A stretch of 64,000 nucleotides of DNA from an uncultured Poribacteria bacterium (GCA_951813565.1 OX638351.1:896001-960000); one strand, 5' to 3'; shown: positions 19,739 to 30,349, counted from the first letter of the stretch. Made by a program: numbers and translations. Notes: a model not told the origin generated them from the sequence alone.

Positions 19739-21661
19739 ATGGGTAAAGTAATTGGAATTGATTTAGGAACAACAAATTCTTGTGTAGCTATCTTAGAGAG
19801 CGGTGATCCTAAGGTAATTGAAAATACAGAGGGAAATCGGACGACTCCTTCAGTTGTCGGTTTTACCAAAGAAGGGGAGCGTCCCGTTGGACAGGTAGCC
19901 AAAAGACAAGCCATCACAAATCCTGAAAACACAATTTTTTCTATTAAACGGTTCATGGGACGAAAACATAATGAACTCGGAGACGATACATCTCGCGTGC
20001 CTTATGAATTAAAAAGTGATAAAGATGGTGATGTTGCCGTGAACATTGATGGTAAAGAATACTCGCCGCCCGAAATATCCGCAATGGTTTTGCGGAAAAT
20101 GAAGGAAACCGCAGAGGCGTATCTTGGGGAAGAGGTTACACAAGCGGTAATCACCGTGCCAGCCTATTTCAATGATGCCCAACGCCAGGCGACAGCAGAT
20201 GCAGGCAAAATAGCAGGATTGGAAGTTCTGCGGATTATTAACGAACCGACCGCTGCTTCACTCGCCTACGGGTTGCAAAATGAAGGCGATAAGAAAATCG
20301 CTGTCTACGACCTTGGTGGTGGTACGTTTGATATCTCTATTTTAGAAATCGGAGACGGGGTGTTTGAAGTTAAAAGCACAAACGGTGATACCCATCTTGG
20401 TGGAGACGATTTTGACCAAGCGATTATTGATTGGATGGCGCAGGAATTTCTCAGTAGCCAAGGCATTGACCTGCGTAATGACCAGATGGCGCTGCAACGG
20501 CTGAAAGAGGCAGCAGAAACGGCAAAGTGTGAGCTTTCCAGCACGCAACAGACGGATATCAATCTGCCTTTTATTACAAGTGATGCCAGCGGTCCTAAGC
20601 ACCTTAATTTAACACTCACGCGCGCAAAACTTGAACAAATTACAGATGACTTGGTTGAACGTTCCCTTGCACCGTGCCGACAAGCGCTCTCGGATGCTGA
20701 GATGCAATCCTCTGATATTGATGAAGTTATACTCGTCGGTGGACAGACACGGATGCCAAAAGTACAGGAGGCTGTGCAGCAACTCTTTGGCAAAGAACCA
20801 CACAAAGGTGTTAACCCTGACGAGGTTGTCGCAGTTGGTGCAGCAATTCAGGGCGGTGTACTTGCTGGTGATGAGGAAGTTAAAGATATTTTGTTGCTGG
20901 ATGTTACGCCGCTATCACTCGGTATTGAGACGCTCGGTGGGATGTTTACGCGGTTAATCGAAAAAAATACCACGATTCCAACGAAAAAGTCCGAGAAGTT
21001 TACAACGGCAGAAGACAATCAAACGGCAGTTGATGTGCATGTCCTACAAGGTGAACGGGAACAGGCTGTCTACAACAAAACGATTGGCAGGTTCCGACTG
21101 GGCGATATTCCACCGGCACCCAGAGGTGTTCCACAGATTGAGGTTACGTTTGATATTGATGCAAACGGCATTCTGAACGTGTCTGCTAAGGATACAGCAA
21201 CAGGTAAGGAGCAAAAGATTACAATTACTGCTTCCTCCGGACTTAGCGATGCTGAAATTGATCAGATGATGAAAGATGCGGAAACACACGCTGAAGAGGA
21301 TAAACAGAAGCGGGAAGAAGTTGAGACACGCAACCGCGCTGATTCTTTAGTCTATGAAACTGAGAAAAACTTGAAAGAATTCGGGGACAAGGTAGACGAT
21401 GCGACTAAGGAAAAGGTTAACGCTGGCGTTGAACGCGTCAAGCAAGCGCTGGAAGCGAACAACAATGCTGAGATAAAATCTGCTACTGATGACCTGATGC
21501 AGATATGGCATGAAGCTTCAGCACAGCTTTACCAACAGGCTGCAGATGCTGATCCTGGGGCAGCCGCTGAAGACGCTCCTTCTGAAGATGCTGCAGATAG
21601 TGATGTCGTTGATGCTGAATACGAAGTCGTTGATGAGGATGAGAATAAGGACGAGAAGTAG
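19739..21661 (+). CDS. dnaK: Molecular chaperone DnaK
   Basis: [46 protein letters not shown]. Confidence 0.99.
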   Translation: MGKVIGIDLGTTNSCVAILESGDPKVIENTEGNRTTPSVVGFTKEGERPVGQVAKRQAITNPENTIFSIKRFMGRKHNELGDDTSRVPYELKSDKDGDVAVNIDGKEYSPPEISAMVLRKMKETAEAYLGEEVTQAVITVPAYFNDAQRQATADAGKIAGLEVLRIINEPTAASLAYGLQNEGDKKIAVYDLGGGTFDISILEIGDGVFEVKSTNGDTHLGGDDFDQAIIDWMAQEFLSSQGIDLRNDQMALQRLKEAAETAKCELSSTQQTDINLPFITSDASGPKHLNLTLTRAKLEQITDDLVERSLAPCRQALSDAEMQSSDIDEVILVGGQTRMPKVQEAVQQLFGKEPHKGVNPDEVVAVGAAIQGGVLAGDEEVKDILLLDVTPLSLGIETLGGMFTRLIEKNTTIPTKKSEKFTTAEDNQTAVDVHVLQGEREQAVYNKTIGRFRLGDIPPAPRGVPQIEVTFDIDANGILNVSAKDTATGKEQKITITASSGLSDAEIDQMMKDAETHAEEDKQKREEVETRNRADSLVYETEKNLKEFGDKVDDATKEKVNAGVERVKQALEANNNAEIKSATDDLMQIWHEASAQLYQQAADADPGAAAEDAPSEDAADSDVVDAEYEVVDEDENKDEK

Positions 21662-21666
21662 GCAGC

Positions 21667-22328
21667 CCCATAGGTGTCAACTTAAGAACATAATTACCAG
21701 ATTGTCTCTTGTAGGAGGGCTTTCTAAGCCCGATTTTGTGAGACTCAAACTGTTAAATCCAAATCAACGCAGCATGCGCCAAATCAAGAAATCAACGGTA
21801 TGAATCATGGCGAATCATGTAGAATACCAAAAGCGTATTCTACCAAGCGCATTCGTCTTTAGTCATTCACCGGGTATGAATGCCTGTTGGCATTCCCCGT
21901 ATGGCATGCTGCCAAATCAACGCTGAATGCGCGTGTAGGCATTCATCCAAATCAACGCAGCATGCGCCAAATCAAGAAATCAACGGTATGAATCATGGCG
22001 AATCATGTAGAATACCAAAAGCGTATTCTACCAAGCGCATTCGTCTTTAGTCATTCACCGGGTCCGAATGCCTGTTGGCATTCCCCGTATGGCATGCTGC
22101 CAAATCAACGCTGAATGCGCGTGTAGACATTCATCCAAATCAACGCAGCATGCGCGTATGGCATGCTGCCAAATCAACGCTGAATGCGCGTGTAGGCATT
22201 CATCCAAATCAACGCTGAATGCGCGTGTAGGCATTCATCCAAATCAACGCTGAATGCGCGTGTAGGCATTCATCGGGGTTGAAAACCCCTCCCACAAGAA
22301 GAAATTTCCTTAAGTTGACACTTATGGG
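21667..22328. mobile_element. MITE (TIR CCCATAGGTGTCAACTTAAG) inserted in the dnaK terminator hairpin, carrying REPs and a modular repeat array
   Basis: IR 21667-21686 / 22309-22328; GAGAAGTAGGCAG duplicated on both sides; related element at 61011-61337. Confidence 0.85.
21759..22273 (+). repeat. Modular tandem array: 2x188 bp + 34 bp + 3x35 bp units, all beginning CCAAATCAACG
   Basis: Units at 21759, 21947, 22135, 22169, 22204, 22239. Confidence 0.9.
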
Positions 22329-22331
22329 GGA

Positions 22332-22360
22332 GAAGTAGGCAGCCCACAGCCGCCTACTTC
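22332..22360 (+). terminator. Hairpin, probable original dnaK terminator
   Basis: GAAGTAGGCAGC-CCACA-GCCGCCTACTTC. Confidence 0.5.
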
Positions 22361-22401
22361 TATCCAAGAGGTGTTACTGATGTTTATAGCGAGTTTACAT
22401 T

Positions 22402-22704
22402 AGACATTATAACGTTTTAATTGTGAGTTATTGGTCTGCGGAAAAATCTTATGTTTGTCCGTTGGGCAGATGAGGCATCGCGCGCAACTTTCTGAATCGC
22501 GGATTTATCGGATGACGCAGATGGCACGGATTATTGGATACTGGTAACAACAAGTCGTTTTCATAATGTCCGGTCAATAACAGAAGGCGTGCATGCGTCC
22601 GTTGAATGTGCGGATACCAAGTTCTTAGAATCCGCGTCATCCGATAAATCTGCGATAATCCGCGATTCTGACAACACAACGCAGATTAAATCATTATAAT
22701 GTCT
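22402..22704. mobile_element. ~303-bp MITE, TIR AGACATTATAA, apparent 3-bp TSD
   Basis: Inverted near-identical copy at 29183-29484; internal GAATCGCGGATT...AATCCGCGATTC hairpins. Confidence 0.85.
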
Positions 22705-22772
22705 ATTAGAATCTGTAGTACCAACGTTTCAACTTGAAAAGATTGACACCGTAGGTCTCTTTTGTCATAGGT

Positions 22773-22803
22773 ACCCACTACCTAAAGGTAGGGGGTTTGA
22801 CGG
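22773..22803. mobile_element. IS200/IS605-type end hairpin remnant
   Basis: ACCCACTACCTAAAGGTAGGGGGTTTGACGG, immediately upstream of a 5'-truncated gene. Confidence 0.5.
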
Positions 22804-22814
22804 GGAGTGCTAAA

Positions 22815-23334
22815 ATAGAGCCAGTGACCCGAGTGAGTATCTCACGACGGGATTAGCGAAGAAGGCACCATTAGCCACCGCTATCGGCACCGAGAAAGCA
22901 AGGTCAGAAATGATTGTGGCCGATGTGCTTGTTGAACTCCTGGAACACCTGGATCGTCGCATCAGTCTGTTTTCTGGCATTGACTTTAATGTTGATGTTG
23001 AAAACGGTCTGACTGGTGTATGCGATTTTTTGGTGAGTCTGTCACCGAACCAATTTTATTTAGAGGCACCTGTCATTATCCTTGTTGAGGCAAAAAATAC
23101 TGATGTGAAATTGGGGCTTGGACAATGTGTTGCAGAGATGCTCGCCGCCCAACGTTTTAACGCAGAAAGAGGAATGATATCCCTTGCGTTTATGGGGCTT
23201 CCACGACAGGAATAGATTGGCTGTTCCTTAAATTACAGGAAAATAACCTACACATTGATATGTCAGCCTATACGATTGAGCGGTGTGACAGGATCCTTGG
23301 CATCCTCTCAAGTATGGTGTCCCAGGAGGTGTGA
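22815..23334 (+). pseudogene. Truncated, frameshifted PD-(D/E)XK restriction-endonuclease-like protein
   Basis: TEKARSE.IVA, GVCDFLVS, LVEAK, GLGQCVAEM; restoring one base near 23172 continues as NDIPCVYGASTTGIDWLFLKL... to TGA 23334; 5' end missing. Confidence 0.75.
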
Positions 23335-23666
23335 TAGTGTATTTGACTACGGCTCCAAAATTACGGTTACTTGTTTTTCTGTGGACGAGTCAACGGAAGC
23401 AATGGCATAGTAAAATCTTCAGGAGTTAACTATAAAAAACTATCTTGTCCATTCATTTTGTTACCTGCTACTATTTGCCATTGTCTTCACTGGATGCAGC
23501 GAGCGCGATAGAAACTTTATAGTTAAATCCCAAATATGTGAATCACCCTTTGTAGGTGTGGTTTGAAACCGCACCGGACATAATCTGGAATTACCTAATT
23601 TATTTGAGGGGTGTGCATAAACATCTATAACAAAATAGTAATTTCACCCTGTGTTTTTTATTTATT

Positions 23667-23758
23667 GCGGATTCTACAATTAACTGGACATCTGAGCTGT
23701 CCGAGGGAACTCCGATTCCCGACTATTAGTGGTTTCGTCGCGATTCGGAGATCGCTCC
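23667..23758. repeat. 92-bp REP doublet segment with inverted copy at 55094-55185
   Basis: GCGGATTCTACAATTAACTGGACATCTGAGCTGTCCGAGGGAACTCCGATTCCCGAC...GGAGATCGCTCC. Confidence 0.85.
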
Positions 23759-24076
23759 TACAGAATATATGTGAACTTATTTAGAGTAGTGCATCTCATA
23801 AATCGGAATTTGTTGTTTCACTACGCTCAATCTAAGCCGTAAAATACTAATGCAAATGTCCGAGGCGCAATAAATTGCGCGACTACAAACGCGTTTCTAT
23901 AAATCAAGCGGCACCTGGCGCCTGTCCCTGTCTGTGTTGATGCGCCAAATATTTATGCACACCCTCAGTTAAGGTACATAGTTTGATTAGAACAAAACCC
24001 ATCTCATGTGATACCTAATGACCTAAAGTTCTACGACGATAATGATATACTTATTTAGGTGATAACGTGGGTTATT

Positions 24077-24895
24077 CTATCTCGTGTTCTTAATTTGTCC
24101 CCATGTAATGCTCAGCTTATCTGCAGGTTCAACAGGAGTAAACGGATTACCAGACACATTAGCAAGATGTGTGACTTCTTCTGCAGAGAGTGCTCGGTGG
24201 AACATTAGGAACTCATCCATCAATCCATTGAATGCCCATGTGGGCCCAACGTTACCATTAAAAGCCGGAGCTTCTGAGCCAATTCCGATGAACCCGTAAC
24301 GTGTCACCGCCTTTCCAATCATTTTGTTGTCTGTATCTGTGGCTGCCTCTACATCCAATTCACCGTCAACGTATATCCGTTTCATTTCAGCATCGAAGGT
24401 TACCACGATATGGTGCCATTGGTCGTCCGTAACTTCAACGTTACCGTGCCAATCCTTAATAGGGCAACAGACATCAAAACCGGCAAAGGTCAAATTTCCG
24501 AGCACATCATCACCAGCACCAAAACGGAAAAATTCACTACGATCCCAAGAGGCGATCATGCCTCTTTGTGCTGTCTTAATCCATACCGCCATGCTAAGTT
24601 CCGGAAATACGTCGGCATAATGATGATTTTGCACTGAAATAAAGTTTGCTGCGCCACCTGGGAATGCCATACACTCGTTAACTTTGCCTTCCACAACGTT
24701 AAGATCCCCACGTATCAGACCATGATTTTCATTTTCTGACCCATCCAAAACCTCACCATCTCCGAGGCTGTCCTCGTCAAAGCTATAATAGATGATAAGC
24801 TCATTTTCGCTGATTCCCTGCGCGTGGGCAGTTAGCACGGGGACTGTTAGTATAAGCGTTAATGCCAAAAGCTTTAATATTACAGTGGTTTTCAT
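24077..24895 (-). CDS. Secreted LamG-like protein (paralog of 25138-25953) with C-terminal TWG motif
   Basis: Signal peptide, YYSFD, WHHIV, IYVDG, GLMDE, PVEPADKLSITWGQIK. Confidence 0.9.
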   Translation of the reverse strand: MKTTVILKLLALTLILTVPVLTAHAQGISENELIIYYSFDEDSLGDGEVLDGSENENHGLIRGDLNVVEGKVNECMAFPGGAANFISVQNHHYADVFPELSMAVWIKTAQRGMIASWDRSEFFRFGAGDDVLGNLTFAGFDVCCPIKDWHGNVEVTDDQWHHIVVTFDAEMKRIYVDGELDVEAATDTDNKMIGKAVTRYGFIGIGSEAPAFNGNVGPTWAFNGLMDEFLMFHRALSAEEVTHLANVSGNPFTPVEPADKLSITWGQIKNTR

Positions 24896-25137
24896 TTTAG
24901 ATCTCCTTAATTTATAGACGCCTTTACAGGTGCATTAATTGAAGTTCCTTAGAGTAATTTGACGAAACCCATCTCATGTGATGTCCGTCAATTTACGGTG
25001 GATCAATATTCTATTCAAAAGTTTCTGTTGGATTCTGCTCCAACGGTCCGGATTGAATACAACTTATAAAACAACATGGCGTCTAAGGTTCTACGCCGAT
25101 AATGATATACCTATTGTAGGTAGTAACTTGGTTTATT

Positions 25138-25953
25138 CTATTTCACACTCTTAATTTTTCCCCATGTAATACTCAATTTGTCCGCAGGTTCAACAGCAAA
25201 CGGATTCCCACGCGCATTAGCAAGACTTTCAACCTCATCTTTAGAAAATGCTCGGTGGAACAGAAAGAATTCATCCATCAACCCATTGAAAGCCCAGTTG
25301 GGACCAACAGCGCCACCAAAAGCACCAGCTTCCGAACCAATTCCGATAAATCCGTAACGTGTGATCACTTTTCCAATCATTTTGTTGTTTGTATCTGTGG
25401 GTGCTTCCACATCTAATTCACCATCGACGTATATCCGCTTCATTTCAGCATCAAAGGTTGCCACGACATGATGCCATTGGTCGTCCGTAACTTTGACGTC
25501 CCCGTGCCAATCCTTTATAGGACAACAGACATCAAAACCGACAAAAGTCAAATTTCCGAGCACATCATCACCAGCACCAAAACGGAAAAATTCACTCCGA
25601 TCCCAAGATGCAATCATTCCCCTTTGTGCTGTCTTAATCCATACAGCGAGCGTCAGTTCTGGAAATAGGTCGGCATAATGGTGATTTTGCACCGCAATAT
25701 AATTGGCTGCGCCCCCTGGGAACTCCATACATTCGTTAACTTTACCCTCCACAATCTTGAGATTACCACGTAGTAAACCGTGATTCTCATTTTCTGAACC
25801 ATCTAAGACCTCTCCCTTTTCAAGGGTGTCCTTGTCAAAACTATAGTAGATGATAAGCTCATCATCACTGATACCACGCGCATGGGTAGTCAACGCTGGG
25901 ACTGTTAATATTAATGTTAACGTCAAAAGTATTAGAATAAAAGTGGCTTTCAT
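25138..25953 (-). CDS. Secreted LamG-like protein with C-terminal TWG motif
   Basis: Start MKATF after GGAG; AVEPADKLSITWGKIK; close tandem paralog of the neighbour. Confidence 0.9.
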   Translation of the reverse strand: MKATFILILLTLTLILTVPALTTHARGISDDELIIYYSFDKDTLEKGEVLDGSENENHGLLRGNLKIVEGKVNECMEFPGGAANYIAVQNHHYADLFPELTLAVWIKTAQRGMIASWDRSEFFRFGAGDDVLGNLTFVGFDVCCPIKDWHGDVKVTDDQWHHVVATFDAEMKRIYVDGELDVEAPTDTNNKMIGKVITRYGFIGIGSEAGAFGGAVGPNWAFNGLMDEFFLFHRAFSKDEVESLANARGNPFAVEPADKLSITWGKIKSVK

Positions 25954-26008
25954 TATAATGCTCCTTTTTATAGTTAAGTGCGTTTTCAACGCGTAGATTT
26001 TAGTTAGG

Positions 26009-26848
26009 TTAAGAATATCCACCTACACCTAACAACATCCGTTCCTCCATATCTGCTTCTTTGAGAAAGGTTTGGGTCAATCCATCTTTAGGTGGATCAC
26101 CTCCGTGTGGCGATCTGCGTAGCCACGTTGGCGTATAACCAAGAATTAACATTCTCCGCTTAGAACGCAGTGTAGGCAAAGCGCGATGCCAAAGATTACC
26201 GTGGATAAGTACCGCATCGCCAGCTTTCACCTGAAGTACTACTTCGCCCTCTATCGGTTCATAAATATTCGGCGTTGCTTTGTCTAACCAGTCGTGGGAA
26301 CCGGGTACAACGACAACTGCCCCAGTGTCTTCGTTTAGGTCGTCAAGATAGATAAGGCAATCAATACAGTGCGGTCGTGAAAACCAAGGTGGTATCGGAT
26401 TAGAAACAACGCGCATGTGTTGATGCCATGGTGTTTGATGCTGCCTGTCATCACCGGGATAGGTGATCCGCGCGCTCAATCCGCGTAGTCGAACAAGCGG
26501 TCCCATCATTGCCCGGACAATTGACAAAACCGGTTGAAATTTTAGGAGTTCAAGAAACGCTTCGTCCTTGTCCATCAGATGGCGCGGAATAAAACCCCAT
26601 CCACGTTTTGAGGCGATTGCATTATCCCGCTTTTCCCATTCGTGTTCTTCTAATCTGTCAAGTGCGTCTCTTAGTTTTTGAAGTGCTTCTCCTTCAAAGA
26701 GTTTTTCGCGAACAAGGTAACCGATCTCAGCAAATGCTTGTAACTCTTCGGGGGTAGCATGCACTTCCACCTCCCAGTGTTGCCCAGTTTCACCCGGGTT
26801 ATGGACATTTAGGATTTCATAATGAAGTGTGTGTTGTTCCATCGTCAC
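26009..26848 (-). CDS. PhyH family dioxygenase
   Basis: GYLVREKLF, IYLDD...TGAVVVVPGSH, AGDAVLIHGNLWHRA.......RR. Confidence 0.85.
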   Translation of the reverse strand: MTMEQHTLHYEILNVHNPGETGQHWEVEVHATPEELQAFAEIGYLVREKLFEGEALQKLRDALDRLEEHEWEKRDNAIASKRGWGFIPRHLMDKDEAFLELLKFQPVLSIVRAMMGPLVRLRGLSARITYPGDDRQHQTPWHQHMRVVSNPIPPWFSRPHCIDCLIYLDDLNEDTGAVVVVPGSHDWLDKATPNIYEPIEGEVVLQVKAGDAVLIHGNLWHRALPTLRSKRRMLILGYTPTWLRRSPHGGDPPKDGLTQTFLKEADMEERMLLGVGGYS

Positions 26849-26897
26849 CTCGCTATGTTCTGTTTTGGTGTGCCGCGGTATAATATTTTACATAGCA

Positions 26898-27686
26898 TTA
26901 CGCTTTCAAAAAATCTCCTGGAAGACGCGAACCTGGATAATTGCCATTTTCATCGCGATTGGCAATAGATTCTGGGATCTCGTCATCCCAATAGTCTGGA
27001 ACAGTGTTCGGCCGGCTGTGCCATGCCAAGATCAAGGTGCGACGTATGTCAGTGTGATTTTTGTGGGCAGCGTGTAAAAGCCTTGCATCTGCCATCACTA
27101 ATGAACCTGCTTTGGCACATATATTTACTTGATCTGGATGGTCACTGAACATGAGGGGATGATCCTCATCAATAAACCGTGCGCCTTGTTCATGTGCAGG
27201 CACAAGTTGGTCGTGCAAATCAATACGTTTGAGATGTGTACCAGGAATTACCTTTAAACACCCGTTTTCAGGTGAGGTATCCGAAAGATAGTAATTGAGA
27301 AAAATGGTTTGGGGCCACGGGGAACAACTGAGCGGATCATTCCAACGCATCCAATCTTGATGCCAATAGAGCGGTGGACCATCGGCTTCTTTTGTTAAGA
27401 TGATGATTCCCCCGGAAGCGACGAAATCTCCGAAACCGAGCTGCTCCAACGCGTTCCATGACGGCTGCCACTCCAAGAGTCTCTTAATATATGGATTGTC
27501 TTCTCCACGTACATTCACGTGTTGTCCCTGATAAATCATCTCGTCTGGCTCCACGTGTCCTGCGATGAGCCGTTCCGATTCATCGTGCAGTTCTTGCAAG
27601 AATTCCTCTGTCAATATATCATCTACAATACAGTAGCCGTCGCGCAGCATTTGATTCCGTTTTTCTAAGGCGACTTCAGGTGTCAT
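26898..27686 (-). CDS. PhyH family dioxygenase
   Basis: DGYCIVDDIL, WHQD, NGCLKVIPGTH, AGSLVMADARLLHAA.......RR. Confidence 0.9.
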   Translation of the reverse strand: MTPEVALEKRNQMLRDGYCIVDDILTEEFLQELHDESERLIAGHVEPDEMIYQGQHVNVRGEDNPYIKRLLEWQPSWNALEQLGFGDFVASGGIIILTKEADGPPLYWHQDWMRWNDPLSCSPWPQTIFLNYYLSDTSPENGCLKVIPGTHLKRIDLHDQLVPAHEQGARFIDEDHPLMFSDHPDQVNICAKAGSLVMADARLLHAAHKNHTDIRRTLILAWHSRPNTVPDYWDDEIPESIANRDENGNYPGSRLPGDFLKA

Positions 27687-27784
27687 CCAGTTACTCCTTA
27701 AAGTTTTAAATTTAACTAATTTTACACAAAATCGTTAGAGAAAACAACAATTTTTTATTAGTTTTGTAAAGTTTTTGACATAAT

Positions 27785-29165
27785 CTGATATTTATCAAAA
27801 TTATTAAGAATCCGCTAAATATCAATACAACGAAGGTATTAGGACATGAAAATGTGTTTATTATGAAGAGTTGACTTGATTTTTTATATATGAGATGTCA
27901 TCATATATTATAAACAATAACACTATTTGATTATTTAGGAGGACATCTCATGCATCATCAGATTATCAAATCTGTGAAGTTTTTTCAACATCTTTTTTGT
28001 TCTCGTTTTCGCCGCATTAGATTACAAATCGTTGACACTGGACTTTTGTTATCGGTTTGTCATTTATTTGGTCTGGACAATCCGAACCAAGTTGCAGATG
28101 CGTTGACACTTCCCAAAGCGGGTCTTTATCGGGATCTTCACTCACTGAGCCAGTATCATTGGAAATGCTTGAATGTGCAGCTCGGATGTGCGATGGAACT
28201 TTGAGTTGATCAAAGATACCGAAGCTAAGAGTGCTTCAACACAATCTTGTCGGCGTCCTACTATCAGTGTAGATGATAGCAACGTAGATCGATATGGAAA
28301 AACAATAGCATACTGCTCAAACTGGTGGTCTAAAAAACATAATAACACCACTTGGGGCAGAACATATTAGGCATCACGATCAAGATTGGCGATATTGTTA
28401 TTCCACTCAATACACGCCTTGTTTCAAAATAAGGGCGTGGCAGGACAAAGAAACCGGTTTTTTTGTCCTGCCATGATGAAAGAAGTGTTAGATTTCTTTG
28501 ATGCCCAAAGCATTGATATCAGAAAATATCCGATCACTTTCGATTCGTGGTATGGTAGCAAGAAACTGATCGGAATCTTATCAGATTTAGGGTTTATGTC
28601 CATATTGGTTCATGGTAAAAACAACTATGTGATGACAATAAAGAACAAAAAATCTAAACTTTCGGTTCATAAGAGATCCGGACAACTGCAGCCAAAACAA
28701 TGGGGGTGCGATAAACCTGTCTGTCGTGTCCAAGCCACAAGTCCAACATTTGGTGCGTGTATTGTGCTGTTCTTTTTAGATATGGGAAAGGGACGCACAC
28801 GCTTAGTTTTTGGTAAACCACTACGCACTTGTGAAGCACTCAAGATTTGGTCTCAACACCACGGGATTGAACATTTTTGGCAGAATACGCGTGTGGTATT
28901 CTGCATGAGTTGAAATCCCGTTTGCACTTGTCCGCTATGAGTTTAGAAAGCACACAAGGGGCGTATGCGGGGCTCAGTATAAAAGTAATGAGCTACCTGG
29001 TATTGTTGCAGGTAAGCATCTTAGAGCGTCGCACATTCCATCAAGGACAACTTGAACTCACTGGACAAAGACAAATGTTACTTGAAATCATGGCGCATTT
29101 TCATGAACTAAACCCAAAAGAACCTTTATTATTACTGATATTCGACAACTTTTGAGAAATATCAG
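27785..29165 (+). mobile_element. Degenerate IS (IS701/IS4-like DDE transposase, multiply frameshifted)
   Basis: TIRs CTGATATTT(A/C)TCAAAA at 27785 and 29150-29165; ORF fragments with ISVDDS, TFDSWYGS, HHGIEHFW...LKS. Confidence 0.8.
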
Positions 29166-29182
29166 TAAAGTAAGTCTATAAT

Positions 29183-29484
29183 AGACATTATAATGATTTA
29201 ATCTGCGTTGTGTTGTCAGAATCGCGGATTATCGCAGATTATCGGATTACGCGGATTTTAAGAACTTTGTATCCGCACATTCAACGGACGCATGCACGCC
29301 TTCTGTTATTGACCGGACATTATGAAAACGACTTGTTGTTACCAGTATCCAATAATCCGTGCCATCTGCGTCATCCGATAAATCCGCGATTCAGAAAGTT
29401 GCGCGCGATGCCTCATCTGCCCAACGGACAAACATAAGATTTTTCCGCAGACCAATAACTCACAATTAAAACGTTATAATGTCT
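29183..29484. mobile_element. Second copy (inverted) of the AGACATTATAA MITE
   Basis: Reverse complement of 22402-22704 with a few differences. Confidence 0.85.
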
Positions 29485-29529
29485 AATAATATGAACACTA
29501 TTGACAGTGCCTACTGTAGATAGTATTAT

Positions 29530-29754
29530 AACGTGAGTTTGATAATTAGACCTAAATGTAGATGTCCGTTGGGTAGAGCGAAGCGAAACCCAACAATTCA
29601 ACCGTCTTGGAAGTAATTTAAAGTTGGGTTTCACTCACTTTTCTGTTATTTCGGCATCAAATGGAAAAAAATCTCTCTTTTATGTCCGATTTTTTGTTTA
29701 TTCCGTTCTACCCAACGGACAGTGGTTATTGAATTTTATTATCAAACTCACGTT
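29530..29754. mobile_element. MITE, TIR AACGTGAGTTTGATAA, 5-bp TSD ATTAT
   Basis: Perfect IR 29530-29545 / 29739-29754; interior differs from 18859-19020. Confidence 0.85.
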
Positions 29755-29776
29755 ATTATATTTTAGATTTGATTAT

Positions 29777-30329
29777 CGTTTTTCGGTGTCAAGACCCCGT
29801 TGCTTTAGCGCGGGGATGTAGACACCGCTAACATGTGCAGGGCATCACGAAATGTCCAACGAAAGATTAGGATGTCCTACTACATCGTCAACCATGTCCG
29901 TTGGTGGAGAGCGTCTATATCATGCCAGTCGAATGCGAACTGGAACACGTGAGCGGGTTGATATGCAGCACATATCTGCAATGTGAACTACCAAAGTCGC
30001 TATTTAGCGAACTCTCAAAAGGAGCGTGTAGAGCATTGTCCAAAAGACCCCAAGAGAAGTCCGCTATCTCTTGTTGTGTCGGGGTGCCTGTTAGAAAGGG
30101 CAAGAATGAACTGTTTTAAGTGAAACAGTGCCACTTCACAAAAAAGAATCTTGCCATCTAAAGCAGGTAAAAATCTGCAATAGATGAATGGGCGGGGCAT
30201 CGTCCATTGAAGGAGAGGATGGAAGACTTGCAAAGGCATTGCTGGCGCAAGCAGTCCTTGATGATAGCAGAATTTACCCAGTGCAGAGGACCTAAGAATC
30301 CCCCTGCTTTAGTTGGGGGAGTATGTTAA
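29777..30329 (+). mobile_element. Non-autonomous IS200/IS605 derivative with tnpB-type right end
   Basis: Left hairpin AAGA-CCCCGTTGCTTTAGCGCGGGG; right end GAAT-CCCCCTGCTTTAGTTGGGGG-AGTATGTTAA; no intact tnpA or tnpB. Confidence 0.75.
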
Positions 30330-30349
30330 AAAATCAGTGTATTGTGTAT

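Noticed and set aside
21759..22273. CRISPR array
   Set aside because: Units are directly adjacent and recurrent with no unique spacers; no cas genes in the window.
22449..22679. 76-aa ORF and its 75-aa twin at 29210-29437
   Set aside because: Both are translations of the same non-coding MITE; no RBS or recognisable domain.
22805..22813. CIRCE element (GAGTGCTAA)
   Set aside because: Only a half site, lacking TTAGCACTC-N9, and it lies downstream of dnaK.
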